Below, in pieces: positions 52,331 through 64,000 of a stretch of 64,000 nt of DNA. The position numbers and the translations under genes are program-made. This stretch comes from Antedon mediterranea. Taxonomy: Eukaryota; Animalia; Echinodermata. Within the stretch, counting starts at the first letter, position 1; every line of letters begins with the position of its first letter. The stretch is from NCBI RefSeq assembly GCF_964355755.1, contig NC_092676.1:439788-503787 (forward strand). The letters are read 5' to 3'. Under the pieces are notes generated by a model. The model saw only the letters and a list, made by a program, of their open reading frames with translations, did not search any database and was not told the DNA's origin.

Positions 52331-54017
52331 CGGTTCTAGGACACCTACCCCCTAGACAGTTACCCCCCGGATGTTTACCACCCGGACAACTACCCCCTTA
52401 GGACAACTACCCCCCGGACAACTACCCCCCGGACAACTACCCCCTTAGGACAACTACCCCCTTAGGATAACAACCCCCCGGACAACTACCCCCCGGACAA
52501 CCACCCCCTTAGGACAACTACCCCCTTAGGATAACTACCCCCCGGGTAACTACCCCCCGGTCAACTACCCCCCCGGTCAACTACCCCCCCCCCCCATCCA
52601 AAAGTAGACAAATATATAGGACCGGTTTCTGTAAAAATGAAATCATCTGTTTTTAACGGGTGTTTCGAAACTAGAGACCCGAGACCAGAGACCTGAAACG
52701 AGACCCAATACGAAAAGGGAGACCTATTGGGTCTCCCTTTTCGTATATTAGGGTCTCCCTTTTCGTATAGTGTGGTCTCTCTTTTCGTATAGTGGGGTCT
52801 CCCTTTTCTTATAGTGGGTCTCCCTTTTCTTATAGTGGGTCTCCCTTTTCGTATATTTGGGTCTCCCATTTTGTATATTTGGGTCTCCCTTTTCGTATAT
52901 TTAGGTCTCCCTTTTCGTATATTAGGGTCTCCCTTTTCGTATAGTGGGGTCTCCCTTTTCGTATAGTGGGGTCTCCCTTTTCGTACGTGGGTCTCCCTTT
53001 TCGTATATTTAGGTCTCCCTTTTCGTATTGGGTCTCGGGTCTCTGGTCTCTGGTCTCGGGTCTCTAGTTTCGAAACACCCGTTTTTAACCGATTATTCTG
53101 TTTAACAGCACGCTAGACCCTAGATGTGCTAGATTTAAAGTACCGTATTTATTGAAAAAACGGCCTGGGCTGTTTATTGTTTAGGTGGTTTTTAGGTGGA
53201 CATTTATTGGAAGAAAGTTGTTTATTCAATGGGAGAATCTAATGGAAATAGACGCCGATTATTTCATATGATGTTTCATGGGAGTGACATGGTCACCGTT
53301 TATTTGAGGGGAATTTATTTAAAGATCGACGTTTATTCGGTGAGTGAAAATTGAGGTCAAATATCAAAAGTGATATTATTCTTCAAGTGTACAAAAATAC
53401 ATATATGACAAATTTGAGACAAAAATTAATTCTTTTAAGACCAGTGGTTATCGAAGCATTGTCCTGACGCAAAAATTATTATTATTATTATTAGCGAACC
53501 CAGTATTTACAGTAAATACAGGGAGTACTATAATACGTTCGACTATCCTATGATCATGTGTGACAATCTTCAGTTTATACCAGGCTATATTTATGTTCAA
53601 TCTTTTACTTTTGTTTACAATAATGAATAGTAATTCGTCAAAGTAACGAATTAAAATATAGTTATTAATTCCTATTATACACTGTTGCAGAGTCAGGTTG
53701 TTGAATGGTCTGGGTGGTTAGGGTGTTCTAAAGGGATAGTTTTCTGGGTGGTAATTGTCCGGGGGGTAATTGTCCGGGTGGTAATTGTCCGGGGGGTAAT
53801 TGTTCCTAGGGGGTAATTGTCCGGGGGGTAGTTGTCCAGGGGGTAGTTATCCTAAGGGGGTTGTTGTCCTAAGGGGGTAGTTGTCCGGGGGGTATTTGTC
53901 CGGGGGGTAGTTGTCCTAAAGGGGTAGTTGTCCTAAGGGGGTAGTGGTCCAGGTGGTGGTTGTCCGGGGGGTAGTTGTCCGGGGGGTAAATGTCCAGGGG
54001 GTGAATATCCGGATACG
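52331..54017. mobile_element. MULE/Phantom-like element with tandem GGACAACTACCCCC inverted ends
   Basis: Repeats at 52338-52595 are inverted at 53745-54005; no clear TSD. Confidence 0.8.
52658..53080. mobile_element. Nested MULE-type MITE
   Basis: TIR GGGTGTTTCGAAACTAGAGACCCGAGACCAGAGACC; perfect 9-bp TSD GTTTTTAAC; internal GGGTCTCCCTTTTCGTATA repeats. Confidence 0.9.
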
Positions 54018-54429
54018 ATATATTCTTTAGTTCAGTCGGTTGAAAATAACCCTTAACTTGCTAATAAAAGGGACACAGCTCCCCTTGTTTGTTTACTGAT
54101 TTTTTAGGAGTTAGGGGGTTTTCAGCATTAAACTTGTCCAGTCTAGTCTGCCTTGATGAATGAGTGACTTGATGTCCCACGCTAGTTTTTAGCTTGAATG
54201 AAATGCGTGAATGGCTCTAGGCCTAGCTAGGCCTAAAAGCGGATGTGATCGTAGTCCCTATGTTTAAATACAAGGTGCATGTATTTATGTCATTTGTTAG
54301 AAAATATAATGGTAATCAGTTGATAATAGTTTGTAGCCTTTGTAACAGTTGTATTTGTAGTGTAGTTAGGCCTTATTTATTCTGGCCTTTTTGTTATTGA
54401 AATCCATCTCACACATTGACGATACAAGA

Positions 54430-54658
54430 TGTCAGCCTAGGTCAAACCTTGTTTCGCGTCATAACAGGAAACGTTCTGATTGGATACAACGTTGACTTAC
54501 AGTAGCGTCGTACGCTAAAACGGTACTATCAACCGTTTTCCACTACAACGCTACAACCGTTGTACGACGCGTTGTACGCTAATCCCCAACTGTTCAGACA
54601 CACATTCTTTTAGCGTCGTACGCTAAAACGGTCTAACGCCATGGGTCTGAACAGGGCC
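54430..54658. mobile_element. Fragment of a Harbinger-like element (one end only)
   Basis: Ends TCTGAACAGGGCC|TAA; internal repeats TAGCGTCGTACGCTAAAACGGT. Confidence 0.4.
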
Positions 54659-57565
54659 TAAGGTTATCTTATAAATTCCTTATACATTTTATAAAAATAA
54701 CAATATAAATAACACCGGTAGAAACAACATATACAATATACATGTTTTGTTTCCCCGGAGGAATGTTTAGGGAGACTGAGTGTGGAGTTACACTCCATCC
54801 CCTTTTCAATTCAAATCTCTCCTGGAAACTCGCCTCAATTATTCTTTTTGTGAAACTCCGGTAAACAGCACTTTATTAATCTTCGATATTATAAAATGGG
54901 GATGAGTGCATTAAATAAAGTTAGTGTGGATATTAGAACTAACAACATGATGCTGGTGGCATTGATTTATGTATCAAATTATAATGTAGATTGTAATACT
55001 TAATTAAATAAGATAAAGGGATCTCAACTACTGTGTGTCTAGATCAATATTGGTTAGTGATAAGTCAGTATCCTGTCTTGCACTGCTTTTGATTAAACTA
55101 CGAAAAGGTATTTACAGGTATAATTAAAGCTATGACTTTTGTAGATGTTGAGGCCTGGGTAATATACCAGTTATCATTGACTTGCAAAAACATTCAAAGG
55201 TGTACAAAGAGGTACAATGGATTTAGTGTTTTTGCAGGCTGAAAAATAAATTGTTTAATATCATTGATTTTCTGGTGGTAAACTCATACTTGGAATAGTT
55301 TCTTCATTGGCTAGTTTCCTCTATTCCAATCTGCTAACCTGTCTGGTTTGTTTCAGGATCAGTTCCTACTCTACCAGGTCTAATTATTACCTGTAAAACT
55401 GGTTCCCATGAGATCTTGTCAACTAACATAACATGCTGATTAGCAGGAATTTCAGCAATACACTTGTATGTTATGGTCTTTAATGACCCTCACAGGATTG
55501 GAATATTGAACTTAGTATTCCATTGTTTATTTAACATTTTTTAAGTACTGGTATTAAAATATAAAAAGAATAAAAAAGAATTAGCAATCAACAAAGCAGA
55601 AGAAAAAAAGTTGGATTAAACAATCGAAGTAAGTAAATACTCATCATCTGATACTAAATCAATCTTTTTAAGACATCAAACAGAACATTTTCGTAATTCC
55701 GAATTCTACTCTACATCAAGAACAATATAAAACCAACACTATTTTAGGTTTGATGAATTAAGCCTATGTCTGTAACTGAAACCAACAGCATATGGACCTG
55801 ATTATAAATAGTCGTGGTTACCCATAATGCACTTATGCGATTCAAAGCTGGAAGGAACCAGTGTACGAGATCAATGTCAATTTTGAAGGAATAGATCGCT
55901 GGCAGTTACAGAGTGAATTGAGTGAGGTCAGTTACTTAGACCGCTTATGTTGACACAGTTGAGTTGCCTTCAGTTCAGTGTCGACATAAGCCCACCTTTA
56001 GTAATTAATACTACAAACATACAATGCTCCATTGCTCCTCTATTACATTACACCAATCTAATTAAGATATACCTTACTGACTTAAGTCCTGCCAGCTTAA
56101 TGTGGAGTCATTTCGATGCTAGCTGATCTTTGTAGATGTAATGTATAACTGTGGTGGGCCAAATAACTACACAGTTCACAGTACAGACGACCAACCACCT
56201 TATTATAGGGATCTACTAAAATGTGTACAGTATTTGGTATTTATACTGTATTTTGTAGAAAATATCATAATGATACTTGACAGTCTAATAGTAATACTGT
56301 TTTGCATAGATATCTAGATTTGTGCAATAAAGAATATTATACTGTATAATTATGTAGGCAGAAAAACGCAGCATTTACTAACATGGCAAACTGTCAAAGA
56401 CATTAATGATCATGAAGTAAGTTTGTCACCATGGACAAACAAAACCTTCTATAAAAGACATCCTTAGCCATCACACCAGATTTATTGTGAATCACTTGAA
56501 TATTCATAAACACACAAAAATAAGAAATTACTACAGTTGGATCAAGGCTAAATATTTACTTACTGCATACAGAAGCTATTAGTTAAACTAGATTTGTTGA
56601 GGTGTATTTTTAGTATTGTTGTAGGCATTGTCATCCTTGATGCCATTAGCATTATAGGATGTGCTCTGATTATCTTGGCATGGTACTAAATACAGAGCAT
56701 GGTGATGATTAGAAATTAAGAACTGATGACTCAACATATCATCATCTTGGAATAATTAAAAAGTATATTCAGGTGCTACATTACTAAGATCTCACTTGTA
56801 GTAGACAACTGAATAATTATTGGCATTAAATTCTAATAAATTGATCATTATAAATTAATAAATAGCATCTTTTTCTGTCCATCGTATCCGATGATGACTA
56901 GGTGGGTATTTCTAGATTTTTTTGATCGGACATGTAGAAGAAATACTTTTCTGGTTTGGAAGGTTCATGTACAATATACAGTATGTATTCCTCTCAAAAA
57001 AATAATAAAAACGCAAGAAAATATAAGATAAGATAACAAGATTTATAGAGCGCACATATCCAAAAAGTGCTCAAAATTGAATATGGTGACGATTCTGTAT
57101 CTATATTGTATGCAAAACGACTTGAATTAAAATAGACTGTATATTTAAATGAAGAATGGAGTTACTCAATCTAGAATGTAGATTAAACTTTGTATCCAAA
57201 TTACAACAATTTACAAACGCACAATTTAGCATGTCAACTTCATTATAGATTTGATTAGAACAATTTAGTTAGTTCTAAGCAATTTATTGAACATGCTTTA
57301 TCTAATTTGGTACTGCAGTTCTGTAAGCACGTTCTTAAGATGATGCTGTGGTGTATACCAACCGTAGTGAATTATCACTTTCTTACTTTCCAGTGAATTA
57401 TTTTTGCTTGGTTTAAAAGGTGTGAAGTAAGGAAGAACTGTTAATTAAGTGTAAACAAGCTGCAAGCTACACAGGTTTATAGCCCTTAATCAATTGACAA
57501 TGACATTTCCAATATGGAACTCTTTCAACGCATAACTATGCTCCAAAAGAGAATACTACACTTTA

Positions 57566-59876
57566 CAGTCGAGCAGCAAAGTGCTCATTTAACCGTTAAA
57601 ACGCTGTTTTTTAACTGCGCAGGTCACTGAGCATCGCCAAGTTATAGTGACTTCCGGTTCGCTTTTCACTTCGCGGCAAGCATTTTGCATGGGAATACCC
57701 TTACAAATCTGCTGCAATTTCCACCATCCGGGTTAAATTATATCTTTCTATATTTGGAAATTGTTACTCCTAATATGGAAGATTATTCCCGCCACAAAAT
57801 TTTGGTATAAGTAGCCCAGGAAACGACGACAGAGCTTATTGAAGAAAAAAGTGCAGATGGAGGTGTTCGTTGAGGTAGGCTACATGATTTATTTGTTTGG
57901 TTTCGTAGGGAATCCGGCACTTTTCTCATCAGCACGGAACCTTTATAAAAACTTAGTGGTTGGTTATTAGGTTATTAATCTATCTTTTCTGAAAGTTTAA
58001 GCTTGGTTCAGCTTGTGGGACGGATTCAATATCCGTTCAAAGCTGGGGATATATTCTAAGCAGACTCCATCTTGGATTCGTATGTTTAGTACAGGCCGTG
58101 TGGTTGAGTAATTTCAATCCTTCAAAATCACTATGTGCAATCCGTTTTTAAACCAGTTAATATACCAAAATATGTTATTAGTAGCTTTTTTATTTTGGAT
58201 TTGGTGCTAGTTTGGTAAATATTGCAATATAATTGTAGATTATTTGGTTGTAAAAAAATGTACCCAACTTGTAGTATTATCTAGGCCTAGGCTAGGCCTA
58301 GCCCATTTGACGGAAACCCAATGCTATTTGTAGGCGGATAGAGAGGGCCGCAGGCTAGTTTTTAGTGGCATATCGCCGACTTATTATAATCAATGTGAAG
58401 CCATATTATTATTATGTTTAAAATGTTGAATCTATATCCACTGGATTATGGATATAATATATATCGTCGGATATTTAAAGAAAGGCCTAGACCTTTTTAT
58501 TTAATTAATTTAGGACTATATTACGGGAAATTCTTTGCCAAAGAAAAGAAAATACGTTGTGGCTGTTGGAGGTTTGTAAATATATGACAATAATGTAGCC
58601 TAGGCTAGGAAGGACTGTAGGTAGGATAAGGTAATTTGGATGGTCGTACATATGATATTTATATATACAGTATTGTGTATAGTAGTGATCATGGCGACAA
58701 AATTTAGGATGACTAAAGTTGACATTAAAATTATTTAACTATGAATAGCTCATTATTGGTGTTTTTTTTTCTTTCAGGTTTCTAAGAATAAACTATCCGA
58801 CTTGTGATTCATCTTGTGCTGCAAAAACAATCCTATTTTGATATTTGTAAATTGATGTACGTAACAGATGTCTTTAAAAATAAAAAAAAACTAAAAATTT
58901 TTATTATCGCGATGATTTAACTCAAATATTGACATATATAACTTGATATTTTAGCCTGAGCAAGATAGTTTGATAGGCATATTTTACTTCGATGTAAATA
59001 AGATATTACATGTTATACTGTATGTAAAATACTTTTTTGTAAATAAAATTATTTAATGGTGGTTAATTTATTAACTTGTTAATTTGTTTGTTAGTTATGA
59101 TGTTATACTATTAATTAATTATTTAGTTAGTAACCAAAGTGGAGTGGATTCGTGGCAGTTGCAACTTGACTGTAATATGCATATATATAATAATATTTAC
59201 TTCTTCTTGGATAAAGTTAAAGCAAAATAAGCAATAATAAAAATTAAATATTTATTTTGCCATAAAGAAAGCAAAAACTAAACATACAGTACTATATGTA
59301 CAGTAATACCATGGACCTATAGGTCCATAGTAATACATACTGTAGTATTGAGCACCAGTAGCAGAGACGTCTGGACAATCGAATATAATCGTTATCAGCT
59401 GTCTGGGTACCCAAGGCTAGTGCTAGAAAATGGCGAAAATTCGTGTATTCATTCGCCGTCAGCGAAATGAATCCGGCACTTTTCTCATCAGAAGCAAATC
59501 AACAAATCCTTTTATCAGTTTGTTTTGATATATAATCTGGATAATATATATTAAAATGGCCTTGGTTCAAGCATGTTTAACAGGTAAAATCAGATTTTTT
59601 CCTACCTAGGCCCCTTAGCACTGCGGTACCCTACGCCGTGTGGGGGAACCGATCTCGGCAGTATTTCTTAAGTAGCCTATCTTTCGTAAAATCCTTAGTT
59701 GAATTTTATTAATATAAATTTAATTGTATGAATATGCTATTTAAATGTTATTGACATTTTTTTTGGCTGCATTTTGTAATTCCGCACTACTTGCTTTATC
59801 GCGATTCCAAGATGGCGGCAATTCAAATTTTGATTTGGTAATAATTCGCGAGGTCAACCACTTTGCTGCCCGACTG
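57566..59876. mobile_element. Non-autonomous DNA transposon with a 4-bp TSD (Sola/Academ-like)
   Basis: TIR CAGTCGAGCAGCAAAGTG / CACTTTGCTGCCCGACTG (17 of 18 match); TTTA on both sides. Confidence 0.7.
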
Positions 59877-62268
59877 TTTATAAAATTGTTGTATCGGTTC
59901 ACTTCATACTTTTGTACTCATGAGGTCACTTGTATTGACCTCTAATTAGTAACCTGTGCACACGCTCAGGGTGCCTCCGATCAAGTTCAACCATTTTCTT
60001 AGTATTTTGTCGAGTAAATAAACGGAAAGTGTGATATTTGTACGGTTGATAACAGTCTAAAATACTTCAATGTTTGCATAGAATGATTTGATTATAGTAT
60101 TCTTAATGTAACCATTACTGAATACAATAAATGATTTAGTAATCTATATCTCTGTGGAAGTTGTGATAGAAAGTGTCAATTTACTTATTGTCAATTATTT
60201 ATCATAAACAGGAGATAAAGTAATAATTTTCATAATTATTTTCATAATTATTAATGCACAATCATTCATGTTGTGTTATTACAATTTCAGAACCTAACTA
60301 AATAAACTAATCGTTAAAAAAAAAGTCTTAAGCAAAATCTTATTTCTTATTTTGGTAGGATATGATAGACAGATGCCTTTTTCACTCCTGTGAATATTGC
60401 TATCATATAGGAGCTTCAAACTACTGGAGAACGGAGTGGTATAAATGGTTCCTCTGCTTTTCTTTTTTTAGAATATTTTATGGATCATTTTTGTGTGTAA
60501 TTGTATTAGACAGGGGCTATATAAGACTACTATTATTTTTATTATCTGTAATTCAGTACCATTGACAGGGAATTAGCTCTATATAAGTGTAGTTTCCACA
60601 TTCATTGAAGATATAAATTGGTACAGGTGGCACATAATCCCAAGCCTGGTACTGTAGTAGTACTATAGCCATAGTCCAGGGCACAATAACAGGTATATGA
60701 TGTCATAATAAGCATTTTGACTGCATGATGCACAGGAATGTGGATTGTACCAAAACTAGTAGTAAACAAGAAATAATAATACAGTACAGTATGTAATATT
60801 AAAAATGAATAGCACAGTGTTGTTAGTATGTTACTGTGTGTTAGATTGAGGGATGTCACAGACAGAATACTTGAGGTTTCCATAGACATTTTGATAACAT
60901 CAAATTCCATAATAAAAATTGTTTACAATATTCGATAATAAGAAGATAAAATAGATAAGAAGATGGGTCATTGGTATGCAGAATTTTTAGCAAAATGTTT
61001 AACATGGTTGAATGAGCAACCAAGGTCATTCGTAGAAGGTAAGGTAAAGGTACAGCTTACACCTATTATTATATGGAGTTGCCAGTCAGGGATCACCTTA
61101 TACATATTATAGTTTAGGGATCACCTGAAAAAAACAAAGTCTGGCTCAAATGTTGTTACCTGCGCAACACCTGAATAATTATGCCTCTGGCAGTGGCTTT
61201 TTATTTTGACCCAGTTCAGTTACAGATTTTATAAGTTGAGCGCGTTTTAAGATTGAAACATTATCTTTAAAGCCGTTGAATTTGGCGTTAGGTAGTTAAA
61301 ATGGTTGATGAATATAATTCAGAGAAGTTTAGGATTTATATAATCCTATGTTACCTAACCTTTAAGGATATAGTTGTTTTTATTGAATTTACAAACGCTG
61401 ACTTTAAGGGTATTAACTGATTTTCCATCACCAGAAATGTCCTTTAATCATCCTAATCTTGTGTTATCTCTGCGGTTTGCATAAATTTTATTCAGAAATA
61501 TATTTACCAGGCTAGTATTTGCTGCTAGAAACATGCTATCTTTATTAGAAATGTATTCCTTAGGGTGGAAATATATAGCAGCAGAATGTCCATAATCTGT
61601 CAGATTTCTCCTTTGGTATAATGTTCTGATGACCAGACCTAGATAATATTATGGATCGTCGGAATCATTGGTGTCTTGAGAATTTATATTTTGAAGTTTT
61701 ATTTTATTTATTCCTTTCAGTAAACAGAAACATAAAAAAAGAAGCGCTGAGGAGAGACGAGTTGTCAAAGACAACTACCGCCAAAGGGCGTGTCTCTCCA
61801 AAGTTTAATACAGTATTACATTTTACATACGTTTTTATATTGCAAAGTTTCGTTCTTTTTTGCTAAGTTTGGTTTCACCATCTTTTAAGTTTGATACAGC
61901 TTTCAATTTCACTTATTAAAGTAAATATAGATAAAGACAAAAAATAGAATGTATATTACAGATTTCTATTTTTGGATAGGATGCATTAGATTGCAAAATT
62001 GTTTTTGTTTTCATTTTTAATCACTTGATTATGACATCATGAGGAGAAATTAGTTTCTGTAGTGGTAATATTCAGGTTAGTTAGCAAAGTACACTGCAAT
62101 ATTTAAGTACCTGTTGTAAGTTTCTAATACCAGTATATACTTGTGATTGATTTTAAGCAATCTTTAACAAGAGGTAAGGGTGAGTACAATGACATGTATT
62201 TATAGCAGACAATAGCATTATTGTTGTAGGTTGAATAGCAAACAAACCCCTGCAGATATTGATTAAAG

Positions 62269-62627
62269 CTTGTGGCCTCATACTACAGTACTCCAGGCCT
62301 TACAAACTACAGTGAGGGTTTCTTGTGGCCTCATACTACAGTACTCCAGGCCTTACAAACTACAGTGAGGGTTTCTTGTGGCCTCATACTACAGTACTCC
62401 AGGCCTTACAAACTACAGTGAGGGTTTCTTGTGGCCTCATACTACAGTACTCCAGGCCTTACAAACTACAGTGAGGGTTTCTTGTGGCCTCATACTACAG
62501 TACTCCAGGCCTTACAAACTACAGTGAGGGTTTCTTGTGGCCTCATACTACAGTACTCCAGGCCTTACAAACTACAGTGAGGGTTTCTTGTGGCCTCATA
62601 CTACAGTACTCCAGGCCTTACAAACTA
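62269..62627. repeat. Tandem array, 53 bp x ~6.7
   Basis: Unit CTTGTGGCCTCATACTACAGTACTCCAGGCCTTACAAACTACAGTGAGGGTTT. Confidence 0.95.
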
Positions 62628-64000
62628 GTAAGACCACAGTAATGTATGTACACATGTGTCTATGTTTTACTGGAATTATAGTTTCAAGGTTTGGACATTT
62701 TTGCAATTTTGTTTTCATTTAGAATTTTGTATAGCAAAGTACATGGCTTTTGGTCCCCAACCATACACTGGTCTTTCTACTTGTATATTAGTACTTATTT
62801 TTTACTGGAGGTAGTACTTCACAATGTGGTAATTGTTGAAAGGAAGCCTACTGACGTGTCTACTACAATTACTGTATTTAGAACAGTCTCAGAGTGGATT
62901 ACTGTTAGTAGTCAGGTTGTAATGTTTAAAAAAAAAGGCAATACATGCCAACACGCTTAAAAAATATAAATTACAAGGGATACATTATTGAAATGATCTT
63001 TGATTCACAGTTAGTGTTGAATTCCAAGAAATATGTTTCCTCAAATATATTTTATAATAAAGGCATTTTAGTAAAATAATCTGAAAGCATTAGTATTGCA
63101 CTTAAATCAGTAAAACTTAAAATAAGTATGGTATCTGTTGTCAGCTTATTGAATTGATATGAATTGATAGAATCCGTTTTACACAGTTTGTCATTTATGT
63201 GAGATCTTTAGTATGTTCTCAACTGAAAGAGCCTACAGTAATTATGAGTTTTATACGTACGTACTTAATATATTAAGCGATTAGAATTTTAATTTAAGCT
63301 TTCATTCTCAATCTTATGTTGGTACCCCTCACAAAATAAATTGTGAATCTGGAACATTTTTTTTTATTTGACGATGTCATTTAATTTGTATTACTGTATA
63401 TTTGACATACTTTTAAGCTCACATTTTGTATCTTATGTTGGTATCGTCATAAAAATAATCCTGGATGTGAATTTTCCAATTTTATTTTGCCTGATACATG
63501 TGAGTAACTTTACCAACCAACTCATTAAGGATCTAGCAATATTATCCTACATTAATTCATTCCTTTAAGCTAGAAATTTAAGATCAAACATAAAGATTGA
63601 AAAATGACGGTAATAAATCATAGATTGTGGAATGTTTGAATGAAGTATTAAAATCTTGAGGAATTAAAGTCCATAAGGTGTTTACGGTACACACCAAATG
63701 ACCGTAGAATGTCATTGCCTTTAAAACTACTCAAGTTTATGTAAAAATAAAATACATTTTTTCTCTCTAGCGATGGATGTACAAACTTTTAAAATAGAAT
63801 ATTTTGTTAAATTTTCATCATCAAGAACACTGTCACCTTACAACACAGTACACTAGACAAGACTTAATTTCCAGTCAGAGTTTAATTTTAACTTTGATTT
63901 TTAAACAATAATTAAATGTTTTAAATTGTCTACTAAGTGAGAATGGATGCGTACCTCATTGATTATAATACAAATGATAATAGAAAATGTATTACAATAA

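Noticed and set aside
52561-52869. Repetitive 102-aa ORF (IRKGRPT)n
   Set aside because: It is a translation of the nested MITE's internal repeats.
60359-60565. Possible coding exon MIDRCLFHSCEYC..
   Set aside because: Splice-like signals exist, but there is no recognisable homology or partner exon.

Overview
AT-rich, intron-containing animal genomic DNA, most likely a marine invertebrate (taxon is inference). The first ~35 kb is gene-dense: the 3' half of kinesin-8 KIF18A (+), METTL15 (+), ethanolamine kinase (-), HPS5 (+, about 24 coding exons, C-terminal RING-H2), CPTP/GLTPD1 (+) and TRDMT1/DNMT2 (+). In the remaining ~28 kb I recognise no protein-coding exons. It carries non-autonomous DNA transposons (Helentron/HINE, MULE, hAT-like, Zator/Harbinger-like, Crypton-like, a 4-bp-TSD element) and locally born tandem arrays. 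Best leads: (1) an ~80-bp antisense copy of a TRDMT1 splice acceptor and exon inside an upstream intron; (2) a Helentron sitting in the first unit of an 82-bp array; (3) several classes of short motifs that look like transposon excision footprints; (4) a GC-AG first intron with an overlapping 61-codon ORF in METTL15; (5) an orphan TOP-like non-coding transcription unit. Exon coordinates were read by eye and gene names come from recalled similarity, not database searches. I cannot demonstrate a new biological system here, only candidates.
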